Shown here: positions 1 to 7,042 of the stretch, piece by piece | How the letters are laid out: each line of letters starts with the position of its first letter | Position numbering within the stretch: the stretch's first letter is position 1 | NCBI GenBank assembly: GCA_024274695.1 | Contig: JAJSAI010000027.1 | Span: 1 to 26,008, forward strand | Reading direction: 5' to 3' | Origin: an archaeon | GTDB taxonomy: Archaea > B1Sed10-29 > JAJSAI01 | DNA length: 26,008 nt | Position numbers and translations under genes: made by a program | The notes under the pieces: generated by a model | Told to the model about the DNA's origin: nothing | What the model saw: the letters and a program-made list of their open reading frames with translations, nothing else | Databases searched by the model: none

Positions 1-202
1 CATTACCTATTATGCTATTCCCTTGGCAGTCTATCAGGACATTGCCTGTTGATAGACTGAAGCATGTGCCGTTACTGTACACATCATTCTGCAGGTAGTA
101 TTCTCCTGAGGAGGAGATCCCCTGACAGGAGGTTAGGGTCGCGGAAAACCCTGCTGCGGTCAGCAGCACGACTGAAATGATGAATGCGTTCAGGTGCTTC
201 AT
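1..202 (-). CDS. Secreted protein, N-terminal fragment (gene runs off the left edge); signal peptide plus a beta-helix-repeat-like segment
   Basis: Absent from the ORF track because the window edge truncates it. Reverse-strand ATG at 202-200 is preceded by GGAGGG. My translation: MKHLNAFIISVVLLTAAGFSATLTSCQGISSSGEYYLQNDVYSNGTCFSLSTGNVLIDCQGNSIIGN... The N-terminus is hydrophobic and signal-like. The pattern NVxIDCxGxxIxG resembles parallel beta-helix (NosD/PbH1-type) repeats. Confidence 0.5.
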   Translation of the reverse strand, partial: MKHLNAFIISVVLLTAAGFSATLTSCQGISSSGEYYLQNDVYSNGTCFSLSTGNVLIDCQGNSIIGN

Positions 203-227
203 CCTCTGAACCCTCCTGAGAAAAGTT

Positions 228-1025
228 TCACAAGAGCGAGCCTATGAAGCCCACGAGAGAATATAAAGGTTGCAGAAGGCCTGGGACGAGCACGAACCCT
301 TCTCCAACACTCTTCATCTTGGACTTCATCGTGGGCTTGACCCACAGCTCTCTTTGGAATTCTTCTTTCAGGCCTGACGCGTACTCAACCTTCACCCTGA
401 TGGGGTACCTTCCCTCCTCGGTGGCCTTCAAGGGTATTCTCACCTCTATCTCCTGGCCTGATTTTATGGTCTCCTCAGCAGCTCCCGCCCACGCTCTCGG
501 AAGGCCTTCTATTCTCGCGAGTATCACGTCGTCCGCGAGGGACTCGCTCTTAACCTTGAACACGTAGTACGAGTCTTCTGCCGCGGGAACCGTCTCCCTA
601 ACAAAGTAGTGCGTGTACGCTTCAGGGGTGACGTCCAGCCTGAACACGATTCTTTCTGTTCCTCTGAACATGAATTCTTCCATGAAGTATATTTCCACCC
701 AAGCGTTCCGGTCCTCTGAAACCGCGTTGAGGGTGACCACGAATTGTTTGGGTGTTTTCTCGTAACTGACCCGCAGGCCTGGGCTCGTGTATATCAGGAG
801 GTTGTCCCAGTCGTATGGAGTGCCGGAGTCTCTTGAGAACACCAGCCTAATGCTCTGGCCAGGAGAAAGTTTTCCGAGGTAGTGGTCTCCGAGATCGTAC
901 GTGTTCTTGTCAGAATTGAACCTTATTACCTTGACATAGTCGTGGGTGAAGGGAGCCTGCATGTACACTGCGGCGAGTGATAGGGAGACGAGCAACATCA
1001 ATGAGGCCAGGATTTTTCCTATCAT
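228..1025 (-). CDS. Hypothetical membrane-anchored/secreted protein (N-terminal signal/anchor, C-terminal TM helix)
   Basis: 265-aa ORF with a hydrophobic N-terminus (MIGKILASLMLLVSLSLAAVY) and a hydrophobic C-terminus (FVLVPGLLQPLYSLVGFIGSLL). It ends 25 nt upstream of the next secreted-protein gene on the same strand. No family recognised. Confidence 0.6.
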   Translation of the reverse strand: MIGKILASLMLLVSLSLAAVYMQAPFTHDYVKVIRFNSDKNTYDLGDHYLGKLSPGQSIRLVFSRDSGTPYDWDNLLIYTSPGLRVSYEKTPKQFVVTLNAVSEDRNAWVEIYFMEEFMFRGTERIVFRLDVTPEAYTHYFVRETVPAAEDSYYVFKVKSESLADDVILARIEGLPRAWAGAAEETIKSGQEIEVRIPLKATEEGRYPIRVKVEYASGLKEEFQRELWVKPTMKSKMKSVGEGFVLVPGLLQPLYSLVGFIGSLL

Positions 1026-1049
1026 GCGTAAGAAGAAGGGAGTATGTTC

Positions 1050-1388
1050 TTAAATAACTTTTTGGGGAGCGCGGGAGGGGTATACTCTCACGCAGCCGAG
1101 CGGGAACCCTGCGTCCACGCTGGCCTTCCCGGAGAGCATGGCGAGCTTGCTTAGCTCAAGGAAACCGTTTTCTTCAAGTTCTTTTTCCAGGGCAGGTCTT
1201 ATGCCCTGTTCTTCCACTCTCCTCCAGAACTCCTGCTCGTCAGCCTCCCCGGTTATCTTGTCCCCTTCAACCTTGAACTCCGCGCCGGGAAAAAAGTCGC
1301 GCAGCATTCTAAGCACTTTTTCAGGGTCTTCCGTGTGTCTTAGGTCGCATTCTACTTTCATCCGCTTCATCTCCTGGGCAGGAGTCAT
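1050..1388 (-). CDS. UPF0201/COG1931-like small RNA-binding protein (predicted exosome-associated family)
   Basis: 112 aa. The segment KVECDLRHTEDPEKVLRMLRDFFPGAEFK matches the remembered family signature (v.pTED.eKV..al.n.fPg). The start overlaps the Lrp stop (TGATG), suggesting translational coupling. Confidence 0.55.
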   Translation of the reverse strand: MTPAQEMKRMKVECDLRHTEDPEKVLRMLRDFFPGAEFKVEGDKITGEADEQEFWRRVEEQGIRPALEKELEENGFLELSKLAMLSGKASVDAGFPLGCVRVYPSRAPQKVI

Positions 1389-1789
1389 CAGACTCTTATG
1401 AGAGTTCTTATCTCCACTATTCCCGGGACCGAACCAAGGTCTTCTTCCACGAACTTCCTCAGGGAACTGACGTCGGCCATGTCCGTGGTTATTATCACGT
1501 CATAGGAGCCTAGAGTTCTCTCAACCTTCACTTTTTTACTCAGTGCTTTTATTATACTGTCAACGTTTTCAGGAGAGCACCTGAGGAGGATGTACGCCCT
1601 CACGGGCAGGCCCATGGCCTCCTTGTTCAGTTCTATCGAGAACCGTTCTATTACCCCAGTTTCTATCAGTTTCTCTACCCTCTTTTTTATTGCAACGTCA
1701 GAGAGCCCTAGCTCCTTGGCTATTTCGGTAAAAGGAGTTCTGGAGTCCCTGGACAGTATTTCAATTATTTTCTGGTCAACGGAGTCCAC
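1388..1789 (-). CDS. lrp: Lrp/AsnC family transcriptional regulator
   Basis: 133 aa. N-terminal HTH (DQKIIEILSRDSRTPFTEIAKELGLSDVAIKKRVEKLIETGVI) plus a C-terminal RAM-type ligand domain. The GTG start at 1789 lies about 26 nt from the A/T box at 1811-1820. Confidence 0.9.
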   Translation of the reverse strand: MDSVDQKIIEILSRDSRTPFTEIAKELGLSDVAIKKRVEKLIETGVIERFSIELNKEAMGLPVRAYILLRCSPENVDSIIKALSKKVKVERTLGSYDVIITTDMADVSSLRKFVEEDLGSVPGIVEIRTLIRV

Positions 1790-1810
1790 AAGGTTTGTTA
1801 GGCCACCAAA

Positions 1811-1820
1811 CTTATTTATT
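1811..1820. promoter_or_regulatory. Central A/T (TATA-like) box shared by divergent lrp and nrdD-like genes
   Basis: CTTATTTATT is centred about 26.5 nt from the lrp start (1789) and about 28.5 nt from the + strand start (1844). The spacer is 54 bp. Confidence 0.5.
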
Positions 1821-1843
1821 CTTTTCCGCCCTTTCTATCCTGG

Positions 1844-3520
1844 ATGGGAGTATCCCCTAACATCGTGGTCAAAAAGTGCACTCAGGCAGGGATAGGGTTC
1901 TGGCTTGCCAGCAAGATAGCCTTGAAACTGGGGGACAAGCTGCCTTCTTCCGAGAGGGGTATTAATAACGCGATATACGCTGCCCTGGCAGAAGAAGATC
2001 CTGACGCTGCAGAACTGTTCAGAATGTACTACGGGATAATGGTGAGAACAAGCGATCACAGGATAGAGTACTTTGACAGGAGCAAGATAACCAAGAGCCT
2101 TGTGAAGGAGACCCGGCTGCCTGTTTCCGTTGCCGAGGACATTGCCAAAAAAGTGGAAGCGGACATCCGCCGTCTCCAGCTCAGGAACGTGAGCGCGCCC
2201 CTGATCCGGGAGATGGTGAACGCGGAACTTCTGAGCAGAAGGCTCTTCAAGGCCCAGGCAAGGTACACAAGGTTGGGCCTGCCGATATACGACGTGAGCC
2301 AGGTTCTCAAGAAGCCTGGAAAGAGCCTTTCAAAGTTCACAGAGGTTTTCGGAGACAGGATAATGGAAGAGTACTCTCTCACCAGCCTGCTGCCGTCAGA
2401 CTGTGCCACGGCCCACCTGAACGCGTTAATACACGTTCACGGCCTGTCGCACTTTGGGCTGACCCCCTACTCTTTCCTTAATGACCTCAGGCTCTTTTTC
2501 ATGCACGGGGTGAGGATCCCTGGGCTCATAAGCACTGGGCCTGCTAAGAAAGCGAGTGTTGCGGTGTCCCACGCTGCGAGGATCTTGAGCGTTTCAAAGG
2601 ACTACGTGTACGCGAGCGTGGGCATAGACTCCTTCAATGTCCTGGTAGCGCCTTTCCTGCGGACAGTGCCCAAGAAGAGGTGGGCGCAGATCGCTCAGGA
2701 TTTCTTGTACGAGCTGAACGAGCACTACCTGCCGAGGAAGGCGTTCACTGTGACCCTCTCGAAGGAGATCCCAGGATGGCTCGGCAGGCTTGGGGCCGTT
2801 GGCCCGGGAGGAACCCTTTCCGGGACCTATTCTGATTATTCGGACGAGGCGAGCGCGTTCTACGAGATTTTCCTGGAAGTGCTTGAAAGAGGGGATAACG
2901 CGGGTAACCCGTTCAGGTTCCCTTTCTTGTGCTTGCGCAGGGACACGAGAGGGCATGTTGCGCTTAACTCGAGCAAGTGCTTCGTGTACCCGGACGTTCT
3001 CGAAAAACCGAGGGCAGGAGTGATGCAGGTTGTCTCCGTAAACATTCCCAAGATCCTGCACGAGGCCAGGACAGAAGAGAAAGTGTACTCTGAGATCAGG
3101 AGAGCAGCGTCCCTGGCCTTTAAGGTGTTCAGGGTGAAGCACATCATGATGATGGAAAACGCGCACAAGAAGAACATGCTTCCTTTCCTGACGCAGTCCT
3201 TCGGAGGAAGGGAGTACGCTCAGATAAAGGACTTTTACTACGTCCTGTCCCCTGACTTCATTTCCACCGCGGGAAGCATTTCCGAGAGGATCGTCAGGTA
3301 CCTTGAAAGGCTCGTGAAGGACGAGCGGAACGAGTCTGGCCTGAACATACGGCTCGGTTACAGGGAAACAGGTTTTCTCATGAAGAGGAACCTGGCAGAG
3401 GGAGTGCCCACAGAAAAGATTAGCCTGGAAACCGCTGAAAAACTCCAGAGGCTGTTCCCCATGGGAATAGGGTATCCTGAAAAGTCGGAGAAAATCGTGC
3501 TGTCAGGTGAGCTTTATTGA
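1844..3520 (+). CDS. ATP-cone protein related to anaerobic (class III) ribonucleotide reductase NrdD, lacking the C-terminal glycyl-radical/Zn-ribbon region
   Basis: 558 aa. ATP-cone at about residues 70-150 (IEYFDRSKITKSLVKE...APLIREMVNAELLSR). NrdD-like blocks: AHLNALIHVHGL (compare aH..G.IHiHDL) and GPAKKASVAVSHAARIL...FNVLVAPFL. The protein ends ...LSGELY with no RVxGY-type motif. Alternative in-frame ATGs occur at 2024 and 2039, just before the ATP-cone. Confidence 0.7.
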   Translation: MGVSPNIVVKKCTQAGIGFWLASKIALKLGDKLPSSERGINNAIYAALAEEDPDAAELFRMYYGIMVRTSDHRIEYFDRSKITKSLVKETRLPVSVAEDIAKKVEADIRRLQLRNVSAPLIREMVNAELLSRRLFKAQARYTRLGLPIYDVSQVLKKPGKSLSKFTEVFGDRIMEEYSLTSLLPSDCATAHLNALIHVHGLSHFGLTPYSFLNDLRLFFMHGVRIPGLISTGPAKKASVAVSHAARILSVSKDYVYASVGIDSFNVLVAPFLRTVPKKRWAQIAQDFLYELNEHYLPRKAFTVTLSKEIPGWLGRLGAVGPGGTLSGTYSDYSDEASAFYEIFLEVLERGDNAGNPFRFPFLCLRRDTRGHVALNSSKCFVYPDVLEKPRAGVMQVVSVNIPKILHEARTEEKVYSEIRRAASLAFKVFRVKHIMMMENAHKKNMLPFLTQSFGGREYAQIKDFYYVLSPDFISTAGSISERIVRYLERLVKDERNESGLNIRLGYRETGFLMKRNLAEGVPTEKISLETAEKLQRLFPMGIGYPEKSEKIVLSGELY

Positions 3521-4041
3521 GGTGCTTTATAGGAATAAGAGTGGAGCCTAACAAGGAAATCCTGCAGGAACTTGATAAACTAGGGAGGCTTGAGTATGTT
3601 AAGACAGTCAAGCCAGAGAACCTGCAGGTGGACCTCAGGTTCCTGGGAGAAGTGGACGATCCTGACCGGATCCTCACGGTCCTGCAGGGGATAAGGTTCA
3701 AGAAGTTCAGCATGACAATAAAAGGATTGGGTGTCTTTCCTGGCCACGGTTTTATCAGGGTCGTGTGGGCTGGCGTGGAGTCTCAGGATGTCTACGGCCT
3801 GAAGAAGGAGGTTGACAGCGCGCTGCAGGAGCTCGGCTACCCTCCTGACAACAGGTTCGTGCCCCATCTCACGTTGTGCAGGGTTAAGAGAAAGCCTGAC
3901 GAAAGGCTGCGGACGATAATCCGGGAGGACGGACAAAAGTTTTTCAAGGTCCAGCCTGTTGAAGAGTTCAGGCTCTACCAGAGCGTGCTAAAAAGAGAGG
4001 GGCCTGAGTACACAGTAATAGGACGGGTGAACCTGGAATGA
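3517..4041 (+). CDS. 2H phosphoesterase family protein (LigT/ThpR-like RNA 2',3'-cyclic phosphodiesterase / 2'-5' RNA ligase), first H-x-T motif degenerate
   Basis: 174 aa. The TTG start overlaps the upstream stop (TTGA). The N-terminus MRCFIGIRV is typical of the family. The second motif is intact (VPHLTLCRV). The first reads LQVDLRFLGEV. Confidence 0.75.
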   Translation: MRCFIGIRVEPNKEILQELDKLGRLEYVKTVKPENLQVDLRFLGEVDDPDRILTVLQGIRFKKFSMTIKGLGVFPGHGFIRVVWAGVESQDVYGLKKEVDSALQELGYPPDNRFVPHLTLCRVKRKPDERLRTIIREDGQKFFKVQPVEEFRLYQSVLKREGPEYTVIGRVNLE

Positions 4042-5486
4042 AGAAAGTGATCATGATACTACTGGTCCTAGCGGTCACGGGCGCGTGCCTTGACTACGTG
4101 GGCCCGTACCAGGGGAGAATGCTGGTGTCCGCGGCCAGGCAGACCCTCGCCGTTCCAAAAAATCTTGCCCTTCCCGCGTACATTAACTCGTGGGCGAGCG
4201 TCCCTCTCGTGCCAGAGATAGTGTCGGGGAAAACCAGGTACGATCTTAACATCACGTGCGACGAGAGCGTTTTCCAGCAGAAGAAGACCAAGGTCACGGT
4301 CTCGGATTCTGAAGCGTACCAGGACCTAACGCTCTCAGGAGAAGTGACCTTCGCCGAGGATCACGTGAGGAACAGGATAACCCTCTCCAGCAACATGGAC
4401 ATGGAGGTCACGCTAACGTACAGGTTCTCCTTCCAGCACAAGGTAAGGGTGTTCTCTGAAGCGACATACAAGGGAAGCCCTGGAAGAATACTCGCGTTCA
4501 TTCCTGCGGACGGGGACGGAGAAGCGCTCGCGGTCGTCACGAACTGGGACATTGACCCTGGAATGATCCCCACTAATAAAATGCAGACCACGTCCTTCTC
4601 GCTGTCCACTAAGGTGATCCTGAAAAGAAAGGCAGAAACCTCCCTTGAGATAAAAATAATCCCGTTCTACCTCGTGCAGTCCAAGAGGACAGAGTACCCG
4701 ATAGAATACTCCGGGTTCCTGTCCAACAAGCTCGTCAGGACCTTCGGGAGCGAGAAGACTAGCATAACCAATGCACCCGGCAGGGTCACTGAACTCCTGG
4801 CGAAACTGGGGGGCAGGAGCAGTAACCCAGAGTTCCCTGAGTTTCATGATGTCACCCTCTCATCATCTCCGGGAGACTCTCTGACGCTGGTGAGCAAGGC
4901 CAAGGCGGTCTGCTCTAACTCAGGAGTGCCGTGCAGGATCGTTGTAGGGATCAAGGACAAGAAGTACTACGCCTGGCTTGACGTTTTCGACGGCGCCTGG
5001 CAGACCGTGGACCTGGCCGCGGGAACAAGAAGCCCTCCTGAAGGGTATACCGTGGTCTACGTGGAGCCCCTTGGGAGGATAGAGGTAGTGCCCGTGGAAC
5101 CGAGCGATGACGAAATATACTCCGCCCTCAAGGAAGTGACTGCAGAGGGCTTGAACCCTGTGGTGTACTACGTACTGCTTGGCGTGCTGATGTTCGTGGC
5201 CATAGTCCTGTTCTTCAAGTTCAAGGCCAGGGATGTGCTGGCGAGAACAAGCAAGAAACCCGCGCACGAGACAGGGCCTGTGAACGGGGCGTACGAGATC
5301 GTGGGAGACGCGTCCAAGGTAACAGACCCTCTCCTCTCAGAGGTTCTTGAGAAGATCAGCAAGAAGAACGGCAGGGTTGACGTGGAAGAGTACGCCAGGG
5401 AACTGCACTACTCGAAAGAGCTCGTGGACTGGGCGGTCAGAAGCCTTGTGCTGCAGGGGATCATAAAGAAGAAAGAGACGACATGA
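4038..5486 (+). CDS. Membrane-anchored lipoprotein-like protein with a degenerate transglutaminase-like segment, one TM helix and a C-terminal winged-helix-like domain
   Basis: 482 aa with an ATGA overlap with the upstream gene. Signal/lipobox-like MKKVIMILLVLAVTGAC. The segment SGVPCRIVVGIKDKKYYAWLDVFDGAWQTVDLA resembles a transglutaminase core (GiPaR.V.G...HaW.e.y..W...D) but has Y in place of H. TM helix: VVYYVLLGVLMFVAIVLFFKF. The cytoplasmic tail GRVDVEEYARELHYSKELVDWAVRSLVLQGIIKK is wHTH-like. Confidence 0.5.
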   Translation: MKKVIMILLVLAVTGACLDYVGPYQGRMLVSAARQTLAVPKNLALPAYINSWASVPLVPEIVSGKTRYDLNITCDESVFQQKKTKVTVSDSEAYQDLTLSGEVTFAEDHVRNRITLSSNMDMEVTLTYRFSFQHKVRVFSEATYKGSPGRILAFIPADGDGEALAVVTNWDIDPGMIPTNKMQTTSFSLSTKVILKRKAETSLEIKIIPFYLVQSKRTEYPIEYSGFLSNKLVRTFGSEKTSITNAPGRVTELLAKLGGRSSNPEFPEFHDVTLSSSPGDSLTLVSKAKAVCSNSGVPCRIVVGIKDKKYYAWLDVFDGAWQTVDLAAGTRSPPEGYTVVYVEPLGRIEVVPVEPSDDEIYSALKEVTAEGLNPVVYYVLLGVLMFVAIVLFFKFKARDVLARTSKKPAHETGPVNGAYEIVGDASKVTDPLLSEVLEKISKKNGRVDVEEYARELHYSKELVDWAVRSLVLQGIIKKKETT

Positions 5487-6987
5487 CCTTGCGCTTGTCC
5501 TGGTAGTACTGGTTTATCACGCTCACCAGGTCAAGGTAGTCGAAGATCCTGTTCTTCACGAGAACGTCCAGCAGCCTTCTCCTGTCGTCCAGTTCTTTCA
5601 TGACCCGCTTCTTGGTCATGCCCGAGAACTTGGCCAGCCTTTCAAGGTTCCTGCTCGGCAGAGCAGTTCTCTCAAGAACTTTTGATTCCGGATCCCATTT
5701 GAATATTTCCTCTAATGAGACCGTGCCTCCCATCACCGAGGACTCCGCGACCTCAACTATCCTCCTCTTAAGACCCCTGGAGTTCGGATCGTACATCCTC
5801 TGCTGCACGACTATCAGGTCAAGCAGTCTGAACATTTGGGTGGGCACGTTCATGGGAGGGTCAGAAAGCCGGGTGATTGTCTCTCTTGCTGTGTTAGCAT
5901 GTAGCGTGCCAAGTATGCCCTGGTGCCCTGTGTTCATGGCGTTGAACATCGTCAGGGCCTCCTCGCCCCTCACCTCTCCAACGATTATCCTGTCGGGCCT
6001 CATCCTGAGAACGTTCCTGAGTAGGTCCTTCATGCTAACCTCTTTCTCGAGAACACCCCTCCTCGCCTCGAGCCTTATCCAGTTCTCCCTGTTGTAGAAG
6101 TTGAGTTCCAGGGTGTCCTCCAGGGTTATTATCCTCTCTGACAAGGGAATGAACACTGACAGCGCGTTCAGGGTGGTCGTTTTCCCTGAACTCGTGCCTC
6201 CTGCTATCAGAACGCTCATAGGGTAAACTCTGAGCCCCTCAACGTGCAGCCACAAGAACGCTGCAAGAGAACTCGGCATCGTGCCGTTCGCTATAAGCTG
6301 GGTTATCGTGAGAGGGTTCTCCCTGAACTTTCTTATGGTGAGTGTGGGCCCTGACGGCGAGACAGGAGGGAGGGTCATGTTGACCCTGCTCCCGTCAGGA
6401 AGCCTTGCGTCTATGAGCGGTTCTGAAGGGTCCACCCTCTTCCCAACATAGGCCGCAACCCTCTTCACCACTCCCATAAGGTCATCGTCTGAAGAGAACC
6501 GGACGTTGGTCTTGCACAGCCCATAGTCTCTGTCAAAAACGAAAACCTCTTCCTTGGAGTTAACCATTATCTCCTCAAGGTTATCGTCCTCAAGAAGGCG
6601 TTGTATCTTTCCCATGCCTATTGTCTCGCTCGCTATCAGGTACTCCATGCTCGCAGGATGCTCTATCCTCTTTCCAGAGTCCTCAAGGAAACTCCTGATT
6701 ATCTCGTACGCCCTTTTCTCGTCTTCCTCGGAAAGCGCTTTCCGGGAGAACGGCTCCAGGTCCTGCGCGAGCTTCTTAACAAGCTCTGCCAGCAAGCCCT
6801 TCTTGCTGTCCTCAAGATAAAGTTTTTCTATTTCCTTAGGGGAGGGGTTCTTGTTGAGCACGTAGTCAATGAAGTCAAAGAACTCTTTCTCCTCCGGGCT
6901 GAGTTCTGGAAGAACCACCTCGTAATAGTTCCAAGGGTATCCCTCGTACACTCTTCCCGAGTTCCTTTCTGAAAGCAGTCTCGCCAT
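5461..6987 (-). CDS. Type II/IV secretion-system family ATPase (archaeal FlaI/ArlI / VirB11 / TadA-like)
   Basis: Walker A GGTSSGKTTTLNAL, then ITLEDTLEL, RMRPDRIIVGEVRGEEA and NTGHQGILGTLHA. The first codon in the ORF track (6999) is TTG. The ATG at 6987 (MARLLSERN...) fits leaderless spacing from the TATA box at 7014-7019. Confidence 0.9.
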   Translation of the reverse strand: MARLLSERNSGRVYEGYPWNYYEVVLPELSPEEKEFFDFIDYVLNKNPSPKEIEKLYLEDSKKGLLAELVKKLAQDLEPFSRKALSEEDEKRAYEIIRSFLEDSGKRIEHPASMEYLIASETIGMGKIQRLLEDDNLEEIMVNSKEEVFVFDRDYGLCKTNVRFSSDDDLMGVVKRVAAYVGKRVDPSEPLIDARLPDGSRVNMTLPPVSPSGPTLTIRKFRENPLTITQLIANGTMPSSLAAFLWLHVEGLRVYPMSVLIAGGTSSGKTTTLNALSVFIPLSERIITLEDTLELNFYNRENWIRLEARRGVLEKEVSMKDLLRNVLRMRPDRIIVGEVRGEEALTMFNAMNTGHQGILGTLHANTARETITRLSDPPMNVPTQMFRLLDLIVVQQRMYDPNSRGLKRRIVEVAESSVMGGTVSLEEIFKWDPESKVLERTALPSRNLERLAKFSGMTKKRVMKELDDRRRLLDVLVKNRIFDYLDLVSVINQYYQDKRKVMSSLSSL

Positions 6988-7011
6988 CCAAGACAACAAA
7001 GGCCGCCGGGC

Positions 7012-7020
7012 AATTTATAC
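7012..7020. promoter_or_regulatory. Central TATA box shared by the divergent ATPase and cca genes
   Basis: AATTTATAC (TTTATA / TATAAA) is centred 26.5 nt from the cca ATG (7043) and 29.5 nt from the ATPase ATG (6987). The spacer is 55 bp. Confidence 0.55.
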
Positions 7021-7042
7021 GTTTCGCACGCCAAAGGTTTTT

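Noticed and set aside
177-208. ATGATGA ... CTGA on the + strand as a box C/D sRNA
   Set aside because: The boxes are only 21 nt apart. There are no C'/D' boxes and no terminal stem, and the region lies inside a coding sequence on the other strand.
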